Counted from the first letter of the stretch, positions 49,845-61,678 are shown. The stretch is 64,000 nucleotides of DNA from an uncultured Chthoniobacterales bacterium (GCA_964247025.1 CAXTSM010000016.1:8976-72975); one strand, 5' to 3'. A program made the numbers and translations. Notes: generated from the letters alone by a model not told the origin.

Positions 49845-51323
49845 ATGCCCGCCAAGCAAACCATCCTCCTCGTCGACCGCGAGACCGACTTCCTCGAGTG
49901 GGCCACCCACCAGCTCGAGAACGAAAACGTCCGCGTCGTCACCGCCTCCGCCTCCGACACCGCCTTCAAGCTCTTCGGCATCGAGAATCCCGACCTCGTC
50001 CTTGCCGAGATCCACCTGCACCCCTCCAGCGGCCTCGAGCTCCTCGCCCGCATCCGCAAGGCCACGCCGAACGCCATGGTCATCATCACCAGCGACTACG
50101 GCAGCAACCAAGGCGTCATCGAGTCCATGAAGCTCGGCGCCTTTGACTTCGTCCGCAAGGAGCAGCTCCCCTTCAACCTCAAGCTCATCGTCGACTCCGC
50201 CCTCAAGGAACGCGCCGAGCAGCAGGCCGCCGAGCCCTTCAAGCCCCTGCTCACCATCGACGAGCACAAGGACGAGATCGTCGGCAAGAGCGAGGCCATG
50301 CAGCAGGTCTTCAAGATGATCGGCCGCGTCGCCGGCAGCGAGGCCCCCGTCATGATCACCGGCGAATCCGGCTCCGGCAAGGAGCTCGTCGCCCGCGCCA
50401 TCCACCACTACAGCCACCGCAGCGACCGCGCCTTCCTCGCCATCAACTGCGCCGCCATCCCCGAGGCCCTGCTCGAGAGCGAGCTCTTCGGCCACGAGAA
50501 AGGCGCCTTCACCGGCGCCCACCACCAGCGCATCGGCCGCTTCGAACAATGCGACAAGGGCACCCTCTTCCTCGACGAGATCGGCGAGATGCCCCTCGCC
50601 ACCCAGAGCAAGCTCCTCCGCGTGCTCCAGGAGGGGGAATTCTCCCGCGTCGGCGGCAACGAGACCATCCACACCGACGTCCGCATCGTCTGCGCCACCA
50701 ACAAAAACCTCGAGGAGGAGATCAGCCGGCGCACCTTTCGCGAGGACCTCTTCTACCGCCTGAACGTCGTCCGCATCCACCTTCCGCCCCTCCGCGCCCG
50801 CCGGGAAGACATCCAGCTCCTCGCCGAATACTTCCTCCAAAAGATCGCCAACCTCCGCCACCGCCCCCTCATGAAGCTCAGCGAGGAGGCCGTGCGCGCC
50901 CTCGAGGCCTACCCCTGGCCCGGCAACGTCCGCGAGCTCGAGAACACCATGCAGCGCACCGCCGTCCTCGCGCAGAACGACATTCTTCTGCCCAAGGACA
51001 TCCCCCTCGGCCAGCTCACCACCGCCGAGTTGAACGCCGTCGAGCCCGCCGCCGCGCCGACCCCCGCCGACACCTTTGCCAGCGTTCCCACCTCTCCGTT
51101 GACGATCGACGCCGCCATCAAGGTCCTCTTCGACAGCGCCGCGAACGACGAAGCCGTCCAGCTCCTCCCCTGGCTCGAGCGCGAATTCACCTTCAAAGCC
51201 ATGCAGCGCACCGGCAACAACCAGGTGCAAGCCGCCCGGTTGCTCGGCATCACCCGCGCCACCCTGCGCAAGCGCCTCGAGCGCAACGGCCAGCTCGGCG
51301 CCGGCGACGACGACGAGGAATAG
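49845..51323 (+). CDS. sigma-54-dependent transcriptional activator (REC-AAA+-Fis HTH, NtrC family), atypical receiver
   Basis: Walker A GESGSGKE, GAFTGA loop, Walker B LFLDEIGE, and C-terminal HTH NQVQAARLLGITRATLRKRL. The receiver has Glu at the phospho-acceptor position (LVLAEIHL). Confidence 0.92.
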   Translation: MPAKQTILLVDRETDFLEWATHQLENENVRVVTASASDTAFKLFGIENPDLVLAEIHLHPSSGLELLARIRKATPNAMVIITSDYGSNQGVIESMKLGAFDFVRKEQLPFNLKLIVDSALKERAEQQAAEPFKPLLTIDEHKDEIVGKSEAMQQVFKMIGRVAGSEAPVMITGESGSGKELVARAIHHYSHRSDRAFLAINCAAIPEALLESELFGHEKGAFTGAHHQRIGRFEQCDKGTLFLDEIGEMPLATQSKLLRVLQEGEFSRVGGNETIHTDVRIVCATNKNLEEEISRRTFREDLFYRLNVVRIHLPPLRARREDIQLLAEYFLQKIANLRHRPLMKLSEEAVRALEAYPWPGNVRELENTMQRTAVLAQNDILLPKDIPLGQLTTAELNAVEPAAAPTPADTFASVPTSPLTIDAAIKVLFDSAANDEAVQLLPWLEREFTFKAMQRTGNNQVQAARLLGITRATLRKRLERNGQLGAGDDDEE

Positions 51324-51430
51324 CCCCCGCATGAGCGCCGTCCCGCTCCCGGCACCCGTCTCCGGCGGAAGTTCGATCCCGCCCTCCGCGGCCGGAATGG
51401 CCCCCCATTCGCACCGCCCCCCAACCCCGC

Positions 51431-51682
51431 CGCGGGCGCCCGTGGTGCCCCCAAACCCTTGCTTCGCCCCCCCGCGGGCACCCGGAGCGTCCCCAAACCC
51501 TTGCTTCGCCCCCCCGCGGACACCCGTGGCGCCCCCAAACCCTTGCTTCGCCCCGCCGCGGGCACCCGTGGCGCCTCCAAACCCTTGCCTTGCCCCGCCA
51601 CGGACGCCCGTGGCACCCCGAAACCCTTGCCTTGCCCCGCCGCGGACGCCCGGGCTGCCTCTGGCTCTTCCCTTGTCCCGGC
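51431..51682. repeat. tandem repeat, 5 good copies plus 1 degenerate copy of a 42-bp unit
   Basis: CGCGG(G/A)C(A/G)CCCG(T/G)GG(C/T)GCCCCCAAACCCTTGC(T/C)T(C/T)GCCCC... starts at 51431, 51473, 51515, 51557, 51599 and 51641, with an exact 42-nt period. Confidence 0.9.
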
Positions 51683-51736
51683 CCCGGCGGCAACGCGCCC
51701 AAACGCCCACTCGACATTAGCTCTTCCGGTTCCCCT

Positions 51737-52501
51737 ATGACGGCGACTTATCTTCTCGAGCGGGGGGCCTTTGTGATCGGAAAAGGCCTGCCGCTCACCG
51801 ATCGCGGCTTCCGCTACGGCATGTCCGTCTTCGAGACGATTGCCTGTCGCAACTCCACCCCGCTCCTCCTCGACCCGCACCTCGAAAAACTCACCGCCGC
51901 CGTCACGGCAACCGGGTTCACTCCCCCCGCCGGCTGGCTCGAGGCCATCCGCGCCGCCCTGCTCCCCCCGCCGATCCCAGAGGGCGTCGCCCGCGTCTAC
52001 GTCACCGCCGGCGATCACGACGGCGACGCATCCCGCGTCGCGCTCCTCTTCGAACCGCTCCCCGTGCCCGTCACCCTCTCCTCCGCCCGCGCTGTCACCG
52101 TCGACTTCACCGCGCCCACCCCCTTCGGCAAGACGGGCAACTACTGGCCGCACATCCTCGCCCGTCCCCCCTCCGGCGACGAAGCCATCCTCCGGGGCCC
52201 CGGCGGAGCCCTGCTCGGCGGCGCGATGGCCAATCTTTTTCTCGTCTGCGACGGCGCGCTCCTCACCCCCCGCGACCCCGTGCGCCGCGGCGTCGTGCAC
52301 GATTGGATCCGCGCAAAATTTTCCGTCACCGCCGCGGTTCTCACCCGCGCCGACCTCGCCACCGCGGACGCCGTGTTCCTCACGAACAGCCGTCACGGCG
52401 TCTGCAACCTCGACGCCATCGACGGCCGCGAACTCCCCGGCGACGGCCGCGTGAAATCCGTCTGGCGCCGCTACGCCACGGAGGTGCTCCGTGCGGCTTG
52501 A
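51737..52501 (+). CDS. class IV aminotransferase-fold protein (aminodeoxychorismate lyase-like)
   Basis: ...DRGFRYGMSVFETI..., ...FGKTGNYW (catalytic Lys region), ...AVFLTNS... ATG 51737 sits inside a longer ORF-track frame. Confidence 0.75.
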   Translation: MTATYLLERGAFVIGKGLPLTDRGFRYGMSVFETIACRNSTPLLLDPHLEKLTAAVTATGFTPPAGWLEAIRAALLPPPIPEGVARVYVTAGDHDGDASRVALLFEPLPVPVTLSSARAVTVDFTAPTPFGKTGNYWPHILARPPSGDEAILRGPGGALLGGAMANLFLVCDGALLTPRDPVRRGVVHDWIRAKFSVTAAVLTRADLATADAVFLTNSRHGVCNLDAIDGRELPGDGRVKSVWRRYATEVLRAA

Positions 52502-52582
52502 TCCGGCTCGACCTGGGACGGCGCGCAGCGCCATCCCAGCCTGGGCGGGGCGTTCACTCCGTGAGCGCCCACTTCTTTCCCC

Positions 52583-55500
52583 ATGAAGCCCGCCACCGCC
52601 CTTCTCGACCGCCTCGCCGACGTTCTCGGCCCCGGCCCGTTCGACGCCGTCACCCCCGCCGCGCAATCCGCCGTCGCCGCCCTGCTCACGCGCCGGGCCA
52701 AGGGCAACGTCTGGATCATCTGCCCAAACGTCCGCCGCCAGGAGGAGATCGCCGCCGACCTCGCGACCTGGGGCGTGCCCGCCACGATCTTCCCCCCGCT
52801 GGAGACGATCCACGACGGCGAAGTCCTCGCCGACCCGGAGACCCTTTCCGAGCGCCTCGAAGTCCTTGCCCGCCTCGCCGCCCGCGGCGACGAAAAAACC
52901 GCCGGCGCAAAAAACCAGACCCTCGTCATCCTCGAATCCGAGCTCGAAGGCCGCGTCGCCGCACCCGAGACCTTCCGGCGCGACGCGCTCGCACTCCGCG
53001 TCCGCGAGCGCGTCGACCTCGCCGCCATCGAGGCCACGCTCGCGAAAGGCGGCTACGAACCCGCGCCGAAGATCTTCGGCCGCGGCCAGTTCGCGCGCCG
53101 CGGCGGCATCCTCGACATCTATTCCTGGCAGCACCCGCTCCCCGTGCGCATCGAGCTTTTCGACGATGAGATCGAATCCATCCGCGAGTTCTCGGTCGAT
53201 GCCCAGACCTCCGTCGGCGCGCTCGAACACTGCGAAATCCTCCTCGGCGACCTCGACCGCAAGCTCGTCCCGCTCGAAACGTATTTCGCGAAAAACGACC
53301 TCCGCATCGCCGTCGACTGCGCTCCCGCCATCGCCACCACGCTCATCCGCGAGACCCCCGGCGACGGCGCCCACGCGGTGGAATTCTTCCCGCCCGGCAT
53401 CGACTTCTTCGAGGCCGGCGACTTCGTCGTCAACGAGGCCAAGCGCCGCCGCTTCTTCGCGCAGGTCCAGGAATGGGCCGCGGGCGGCTGGCTCGTCACC
53501 CTCGTCTGCAACAACGAGGGCGAGTGGGAGCGCTTCGCCGAGCTCGCGCGCGACAACGGCCTCGCCGCCCCCGGCGACCCCGCCAACCCCGCCGCGCTCG
53601 CCTACCTCCAGGGCAGCCTCACCGCCGGCTTCACCTGCCCCGCCGCCCGCCTCGCCGTGCTCTCCGACGCCGAGCTCTTCGGCCGCTCGTCGAGCCAGCG
53701 CGCCCGCCGCGCGCTCGTGCGTCGCGAACGCGCGATGGCCGCGCGCACCGCGATGGACTTCACCGAGTTCGAAGTCGGCGACCTCGTCGTGCACCTCGAC
53801 CACGGCATCGGCCGTTACCTCGGGATCATGAACGAGGGATCTCCCGGCGACCAGCTCGCCATCGAGTTCGCGAACGAGTCCCGGCTCTTCGTCCCGCTCG
53901 AACAAGCCTGGCAGGTCTCCCGTTACGTCGGCCTCGGGAAACGCAACCCACCGCTCAGCGAAATGGGCGACGGCAAATGGCAGCGCGCGAAGAGCAAGGT
54001 CGAGCGCTCCATCTTCGAATACGCCGCCACCATGCTGCGCCTCCAGGCCGAGCGCGACACGAGCCAGGGGCATGCGTTCGGGCCCGACACGCACTGGCAG
54101 CAGGAGTTCGAGCGCAGCTTCGTTTTCTCGCCGACGGTCGATCAGGCGCGCGCCATCGACGAGTCGAAGGCCGACATGGAAGGCGCCCGCCCGATGGACC
54201 GCCTCATCTGCGGCGATGTGGGATTCGGCAAGACCGAGGTCGCGATCCGCGCCGCGTTCAAGGCCGTGATGGGCGGCCGGCAGGTCGCCTTCCTCGCGCC
54301 CACCACCGTGCTCGCGCAGCAGCATTGCCAGACGCTCCGCGAGCGCATGAGCGACTACCCGATCACGGTCGAGGCGCTCCACCGCTTCCGCTCGAAGGCC
54401 GAGCAGACCCGCACGGTCAAAGGCGCGCTCGCCGGCAGCGTGGACGTCGTCGTCGGCACGCACCGCCTGCTCAGCGACGACGTCGTCTTCAAGAACCTCG
54501 GCCTCGTCATCGTGGACGAGGAGCAGCGCTTCGGCGTGAAGCACAAGGAGCGGCTCAAGGAGCGCTTCCGCCTCGTCGACGTGCTCACGCTCTCCGCCAC
54601 GCCGATCCCGCGCACCCTCTACCTCGCGCTCATGGGGGCGCGCGACATGTCGCTCATCGAGACGCCCCCGCCGAACCGCCAGCCGGTCGAGACCGTGATC
54701 TGCGCCTACGACGAGCGCGTGATGCGCGACGCCATCGAGCGCGAGATCCAGCGCGGCGGCCAGATCTACCTGCTGCACAACCGCGTGCTCACGATCGAGA
54801 AACTCGCCGGCCGCGTGCGCGAGCTTTGCCCCGGCGCGCGCGTCGGCGTCGGCCACGGCCAGATGGACGAGCACGAGCTCGAGGAGGTCATGGCGCGATT
54901 CATCGCCGGCCGCATCGACGTGCTCGTCTCCACCACGATCATCGAAAGCGGCCTCGACATCCCGAACGCGAACACCATCGTCATCGACCGCGCGGACCGC
55001 TTCGGCCTCGCCGACCTCTATCAGCTCCGCGGCCGCGTCGGCCGCTCGCACCACAAGGCCTACGCGTATTTGATGCTGCCCCGCGCCCTCATGACGACCG
55101 GCATCGCGCAGAAACGCGTGCAGGCCATCCGCCAATACTCCGAACTCGGCGCGGGCTTCAAGATCGCCATGCGCGACCTCGAGATCCGCGGCGCGGGCAA
55201 CATCCTCGGCACCGCGCAGAGCGGCCACATCCTCGCCGTCGGCTTCGACCTCTACTGCCGCCTGCTCAAGCGCTCCGTCGCCACGATCAAGGGCGACGCC
55301 GGCCATCGCTCCGGCGCCGCCGCCGCCGTGCGGCTGGATTTCCTCGTCACGAACGAGGCGGAATTCCTCGCCGCCGGCGACGACCACGCGCCCGCCTTCC
55401 TGCCCTCGGCCTACCTCGCGGACCCCGCCGCCCGCATCGACGCCTACCGCCGGCTCGCCGACGCGGCCGACCAGCCCGCGCTCGACGCCCTGCGCCGCGA

Positions 55501-55744
55501 GTGGCGCGACCGCTTCGGCCCGCTGCCGCCCGCGGCCGAAAATCTGCTCGCGCTGCAATCCATCCGCCTCCTGGCGGCCGAGAAACGCATCCCGAGCGTG
55601 GAGACCCGCGACGGCAAGCTCATGCTCAAGCGCAAGAGCGACTTCATCATGTTCGGCGGCAAGTTCCCCCGCTTGACTTCGCCCACCCCGGAAAATAGGT
55701 TGCGCGAGGTTTTGGCGTTCCTGCAAAAACGCCCGCTCCTTTGA
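52583..55744 (+). CDS. mfd: transcription-repair coupling factor
   Basis: UvrB-homology N-terminus, a CarD-like region ([14 protein letters not shown]), helicase motifs ([25 protein letters not shown]) and a TRG motif region. 1053 aa. Confidence 0.96.
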   Translation: MKPATALLDRLADVLGPGPFDAVTPAAQSAVAALLTRRAKGNVWIICPNVRRQEEIAADLATWGVPATIFPPLETIHDGEVLADPETLSERLEVLARLAARGDEKTAGAKNQTLVILESELEGRVAAPETFRRDALALRVRERVDLAAIEATLAKGGYEPAPKIFGRGQFARRGGILDIYSWQHPLPVRIELFDDEIESIREFSVDAQTSVGALEHCEILLGDLDRKLVPLETYFAKNDLRIAVDCAPAIATTLIRETPGDGAHAVEFFPPGIDFFEAGDFVVNEAKRRRFFAQVQEWAAGGWLVTLVCNNEGEWERFAELARDNGLAAPGDPANPAALAYLQGSLTAGFTCPAARLAVLSDAELFGRSSSQRARRALVRRERAMAARTAMDFTEFEVGDLVVHLDHGIGRYLGIMNEGSPGDQLAIEFANESRLFVPLEQAWQVSRYVGLGKRNPPLSEMGDGKWQRAKSKVERSIFEYAATMLRLQAERDTSQGHAFGPDTHWQQEFERSFVFSPTVDQARAIDESKADMEGARPMDRLICGDVGFGKTEVAIRAAFKAVMGGRQVAFLAPTTVLAQQHCQTLRERMSDYPITVEALHRFRSKAEQTRTVKGALAGSVDVVVGTHRLLSDDVVFKNLGLVIVDEEQRFGVKHKERLKERFRLVDVLTLSATPIPRTLYLALMGARDMSLIETPPPNRQPVETVICAYDERVMRDAIEREIQRGGQIYLLHNRVLTIEKLAGRVRELCPGARVGVGHGQMDEHELEEVMARFIAGRIDVLVSTTIIESGLDIPNANTIVIDRADRFGLADLYQLRGRVGRSHHKAYAYLMLPRALMTTGIAQKRVQAIRQYSELGAGFKIAMRDLEIRGAGNILGTAQSGHILAVGFDLYCRLLKRSVATIKGDAGHRSGAAAAVRLDFLVTNEAEFLAAGDDHAPAFLPSAYLADPAARIDAYRRLADAADQPALDALRREWRDRFGPLPPAAENLLALQSIRLLAAEKRIPSVETRDGKLMLKRKSDFIMFGGKFPRLTSPTPENRLREVLAFLQKRPLL

Positions 55745-56736
55745 TGAACCGCCTTTTTTGTTCCGCCGTCGCCATTGCCGTTGCCGTTGCCATGGCGGCC
55801 CCCGCGCCCGCGCAGCAAAGCGAGGTCATCGACGGCATCGCGGCGGTGGTCAACGGCGACGTGATCACGTATTCGCAGGTGCGGGAGTTGATCGGCGCCC
55901 GCGAGACCGCGCTCCGCCGCTCGTATCAAGGCCCCGAGCTGGAAAACAAGGTGAAGGAGATGCGTCTCGCCGCGCTCAAGGATCTCGTCGACCGCCAGCT
56001 GATCCTCCAGGAGTTCAAAAAGAAGGAAAAGGACGGCGCGTCCATCCCCTCCTACATGGTCGACGACAGCGTGGCGAAAACGATCCGCGAGCAATTCGGC
56101 GGCGACCGCTCGCTCTTCGTGCGCACGTTGAAGAGCCAGGGCTACACGGTCACGAAATTCAAGCAGATCGAGCGCGACAAGATCGTCGTGATGGCCATGC
56201 GCCAGAGCTACGTGAAGGACGACTTCGCCATCTCCCCGCTGCAGATCCAGGCCTACTACGACAAGCACAAGCCGGAATACTCCACGCCGGAAAAGGTCAA
56301 GCTGCGCATGATCGTCCTGCGCGAGGGCGAGAGCAGCGACACGGGCCTGCCCGGCGGCAAGAAGGAAATGGCGAAGGAGATCCGCACCAAGCTGACTTCC
56401 GGCGCGGAGTTCGGCCGCATGGCCCAGATGTATTCCGAGGATCCCACGTCGCAGGCGGCGGAGGGCGACTGGGGCTGGATCGACAACAAGACGCTCAGCG
56501 AGGAGCTCACGACGCGGGCGTTCGCCCTGCGCGCCGGAGAAATCAGCGACGTGGTCGAAGTCGGCGGCTCCTATTACATCATGATGGTCGAAGCCCGCCA
56601 GAACGCCGCCGTCAAACCCATCGGCGAGGTGCGCGACGAGATCGAGCAGAACCTCATCCAGACGGAAAAGATGAAGGAAATGCAGCGCTGGCTCGATACC
56701 CTGCGCCAGAACGCCTACATCAAGATCTATTCCTAG
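55744..56736 (+). CDS. SurA-like periplasmic chaperone / parvulin-type peptidyl-prolyl isomerase
   Basis: Signal peptide, a SurA_N-like helical domain, and a PpiC domain (...FGRMAQMYSEDPTSQAAEGDWGWI...). The ATG overlaps the mfd stop (TGATG). Confidence 0.85.
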   Translation: MNRLFCSAVAIAVAVAMAAPAPAQQSEVIDGIAAVVNGDVITYSQVRELIGARETALRRSYQGPELENKVKEMRLAALKDLVDRQLILQEFKKKEKDGASIPSYMVDDSVAKTIREQFGGDRSLFVRTLKSQGYTVTKFKQIERDKIVVMAMRQSYVKDDFAISPLQIQAYYDKHKPEYSTPEKVKLRMIVLREGESSDTGLPGGKKEMAKEIRTKLTSGAEFGRMAQMYSEDPTSQAAEGDWGWIDNKTLSEELTTRAFALRAGEISDVVEVGGSYYIMMVEARQNAAVKPIGEVRDEIEQNLIQTEKMKEMQRWLDTLRQNAYIKIYS

Positions 56737-56833
56737 GCGCGCGGGGGCGGCGCCGTCGTTGGTCACCCGTGGGTGGTCATTGGTTCTGGTTTTTTCCGAC
56801 GACGAATGCCCGACGACGAATGACTACCGCCCA

Positions 56834-57697
56834 ATGAAGCTTCCCCGCCTTGCCATCACCCTGGGGGATGCCGCCGGCATTGGCCCGGAGGTCATTGCCG
56901 CCGCGTTGGAGCACCCGGAGGTTCGCCCGCTGGCGGAGTTCGAAGTCATCGGCTCGCCCGGCGGCGTCATTCCGGGCAAGCCGACCCTGGACGGCGCGAG
57001 GGAAGCGGTCGCGGCCCTCGAGGCCGCCGCGGCCCGCGCGAACGCCGGGGAGTTCCACGCGGTGGTCACGGGGCCCATTTCCAAACGGCAGGCGCACGAG
57101 GTGGGATTCGCGTTCCCGGGCCAGACCGAGTTTTTTGCCGCGCGCACCCGCACGAAAAACTTCGCGATGTGCCTGACCGGGGGCGCGCTCACCGTCGCCC
57201 TCGTCACCGCGCACGTGCCGCTCGCGTCGGTGCCCGGGTTGCTGTGCGAAGCCGAGATCGTGCGGGTCGGTCGGCTGCTGGCGGATTTCACGCGCCGCCG
57301 GGGCATCGCGGCGCCCCGGATCGCCGTCGCCGGCCTGAATCCGCACGCCGGCGAAGACGGCGACCTGGGCCGGGAGGAAATCGAAGTCATCGCCCCCGCG
57401 GTCGCCTCGCTCAACCGCGGCCGCGCCGCGAACTTCGTCGGCCCCCTGCCGCCGGACACCATCTTTTTCCGCGCCGTCGCCGGAGAGTTCCACGGCGTGC
57501 TGTGCATGTATCACGACCAGGGGCTCATCCCGCTCAAGCTGCACGCGTTCGACGCCGGCGTGAACGTCACCCTCGGCCTGCCTTATCCGCGCACGAGCCC
57601 GGACCACGGCACCGCTTATGAAATCGCCGGCCAAGGCCGGGCCCGGCCCGACAGCATGATCGCCGCGATCCGCCTGGCGGTGGAGCTGATCTCCTGA
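56834..57697 (+). CDS. pdxA: 4-hydroxythreonine-4-phosphate dehydrogenase
   Basis: ...LAITLGDAAGIGPEV..., ...TGPISK..., ...GLNPHAGE..., ...MYHDQGLIPLK..., ...TSPDHGTA... surA-pdxA synteny as in enterobacteria. Confidence 0.92.
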   Translation: MKLPRLAITLGDAAGIGPEVIAAALEHPEVRPLAEFEVIGSPGGVIPGKPTLDGAREAVAALEAAAARANAGEFHAVVTGPISKRQAHEVGFAFPGQTEFFAARTRTKNFAMCLTGGALTVALVTAHVPLASVPGLLCEAEIVRVGRLLADFTRRRGIAAPRIAVAGLNPHAGEDGDLGREEIEVIAPAVASLNRGRAANFVGPLPPDTIFFRAVAGEFHGVLCMYHDQGLIPLKLHAFDAGVNVTLGLPYPRTSPDHGTAYEIAGQGRARPDSMIAAIRLAVELIS

Positions 57698-57732
57698 ACT
57701 CTCGATCCGGAAAAGGGAAGTCCTTCCGGAGC

Positions 57733-57766
57733 AAAAAAGGGCGGCGAGGCTTTCGCCCCACCGCCC
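57733..57766 (-). terminator. intrinsic terminator of the amt-glnK unit
   Basis: The minus strand reads GGGCGGTGGGGCGAAAGCCTCGCCGCCC followed by TTTTTT. It starts 40 nt after the glnK stop. Confidence 0.75.
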
Positions 57767-57805
57767 GGAATTGTGCTCCCGGTCAAACCCGGCAGCGTGA
57801 TCGAC

Positions 57806-59661
<1,856 letters not shown>

Positions 59662-59734
59662 GTTATCGCTTGATTATGGGTTGGTTATATTAGCGCCGGA
59701 AGATGGGATGCCCCCACGGCGGCGGAACTTTCCA

Positions 59735-59750
59735 AGCAGATAACATGCCA
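59735..59750 (-). promoter_or_regulatory. sigma-54 (-24/-12) promoter upstream of amt
   Basis: The minus strand reads TGGCATG-TTAT-CTGCT, against the consensus TGGCACG-N4-TTGCW. GG-to-GC spacing is exact. The -12 element lies about 75 nt upstream of the amt ATG. Confidence 0.7.
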
Positions 59751-59896
59751 ATGGCGGAAGTCCCGGAAGCCAGAGGACTTATCACGAAACCATCCGCTTT
59801 TTTCGCCTCGGCCGACCCGCGTCCCGCTCGAAAAAATCTTGAGAAAAAAAAGGACACCCGGCGACTTTCGCCCGTAAAAAGCTCTTCATCCGTCCC

Positions 59897-61678
59897 ATGC
59901 ATCCCAATCTGCGCGTTCTTCGATATCTCCGCCGCTACCCGGGGCTGGCCGCCGCCACGCTGGCCTGCGCGGTGATTGGCACCCTCATGGTGGCCGTTTT
60001 CCCCGACGTGACGCGTCGCATCATCGACGACTCCATTCGCGGGCACCGCCCGGAACTGCTCGCCCCTTTGATCGGCGCGGCCCTGGGGGCGTTCCTTCTT
60101 CAGGGCGTTCTGAACGCCGTCCGTATCGCGCTGAACAATATCTTCGAGCAAAAGGTCATCTTCGACCTGCGCAGCGACCTCTACGCCCACATCCAGCGTC
60201 TTCCGCTCACGTGGTTCGACAACCGCGCGACCGGCGACGTCATGACCCGACTCGTCGAGGACGTCACCTCGGTCGAGCGCGTGCTCATCGACGGCGTCGA
60301 GCAGGGAACGGTGGCCGTCCTGCAGATCGTGATCGTCGGCGCGTTGATGGCCTGCTACAACCCCGCGCTCGCGCTGGTGGCCGCCGCGCCGATCCCCCTC
60401 CTCGCCGCCGGGGCCCTCGCCTACACGCTCACCGCCCGCTCCCGTTACCGCGGCCAACGGCGGGCCGCGTCGGACATGAACGCCATTCTCCACGACAATC
60501 TCTCCGGCATCCGCCAGATCAAGACCTACACCAGCGAGACCGCCGAGCACGCGCGCTTCAATGGCGCCAGCCGGCGGCTGGCCGATGCGACCCTCGTCGT
60601 GATGCGGGCCTGGGCGTTCTACAACCCCTCCATGGCGTTCCTCACGTCCTGCGGCGCCGTCGCCATCATCGGCTACGGCGGCCACGAGGTGCTGCTCGGC
60701 CGCATGGACCTCGGCGCCTTGTTCGCCTTCACGGTGCTCGCGCCTTTTCTCTACGAGCCGATCGGCCGCCTCCATTCGTTGAACCAGATCTTCCAGGCAG
60801 GCCGCGCCGCCGGCGAGCGGGTGTTCGAGATCATGGACGCCGCGCCCGAGGATTCTCTTCCCGCCTCGACCGCCAAGGGCCGATCCGCGTCGCCGATCCG
60901 CGGCGAGGTTCGGTTCGAGGGCGTGACCTTCGGCTACGCGGACGACCGGCCGGTGCTTCACGACATCACCCTCCACGCCGCCCCCGGGGAAATGATCGCG
61001 CTGGTCGGCGGCACCGGCGCGGGCAAAACCTCCCTCGTCAGCCTGCTGGTGCGATTCTACGAGCGCGCGGGCGGCCGGATCCTGCTCGACGACCGCCCGA
61101 TCGAGGCGATGCCGCTGGCGGAGTTGCGCCAGGCCGTCGCCGTCGTCACGCAGGAGAGTTTTCTCTTCAATGGCACCACGGCCGAAAACCTGCGCGTGGG
61201 CCGCCTGCACGCCACCGAGGACGAAATGTGGGCCGCGCTCGAGGCCGCGAACGCCGCGGAGTTCGTGCGCCGGCTGCCCAAGGGTCTGCACAGCCCGGTC
61301 GGCGAGCGCGGCGTCAAGCTCAGCGTCGGCGAAAAGCAACGCATCTCCATCGCCCGCGCCCTGTTGAAAAATCCGCCCATTCTTGTCCTCGACGAGGCCA
61401 CCGCCAGCGTGGACACCGTCACCGAGCGCCTCATCCAGGGCGCGCTCGACCGCCTCATGGCCAACCGCACGAGCTTCGTCATCGCCCATCGCCTCTCGAC
61501 CGTCCGGCACGCCGACCAGATCCTCGTGCTCGACCGCGGCCGGATCGTCGAGCGCGGACGGCATGAAGAACTCGTCGGGACAAAAGGCGTTTATGCCCGG
61601 CTTTGCCGGACAAACTCTCTTTCCGACTCCGCGCCACCTTTCGCGTCGCACCCCGAAGTCACAGAAACTTTGCATTAA
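59897..61678 (+). CDS. ABC exporter, fused permease/ATPase (MsbA/ABCB-like)
   Basis: Six-TM domain, then Walker A GGTGAGKTS, signature LSVGEKQR, and Walker B ILVLDEATAS. Confidence 0.93.
   Translation: MHPNLRVLRYLRRYPGLAAATLACAVIGTLMVAVFPDVTRRIIDDSIRGHRPELLAPLIGAALGAFLLQGVLNAVRIALNNIFEQKVIFDLRSDLYAHIQRLPLTWFDNRATGDVMTRLVEDVTSVERVLIDGVEQGTVAVLQIVIVGALMACYNPALALVAAAPIPLLAAGALAYTLTARSRYRGQRRAASDMNAILHDNLSGIRQIKTYTSETAEHARFNGASRRLADATLVVMRAWAFYNPSMAFLTSCGAVAIIGYGGHEVLLGRMDLGALFAFTVLAPFLYEPIGRLHSLNQIFQAGRAAGERVFEIMDAAPEDSLPASTAKGRSASPIRGEVRFEGVTFGYADDRPVLHDITLHAAPGEMIALVGGTGAGKTSLVSLLVRFYERAGGRILLDDRPIEAMPLAELRQAVAVVTQESFLFNGTTAENLRVGRLHATEDEMWAALEAANAAEFVRRLPKGLHSPVGERGVKLSVGEKQRISIARALLKNPPILVLDEATASVDTVTERLIQGALDRLMANRTSFVIAHRLSTVRHADQILVLDRGRIVERGRHEELVGTKGVYARLCRTNSLSDSAPPFASHPEVTETLH

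Noticed and set aside
51431-51682. Sigma-54 promoter reading of TGGC(A/G)C...TTGC words inside each 42-bp unit.
   Set aside because: The spacing between TGGCRC and TTGC is 10 nt, against the 5 nt required by TGGCAC-N5-TTGC. The GG and GC elements are therefore out of register.
51331-51720. 129-aa Pro-rich ORF (…PPNPCFAPPRAPVA… x5) and its antisense Gly/Arg-rich partners over the 42-bp repeat.
   Set aside because: All six frames are open only because the repeat is GC-rich and its period is a multiple of 3. There is no convincing start context, and the between-copy substitutions show no frame preference that I can see. It is kept as a DNA repeat, with translation noted as a refutation test.
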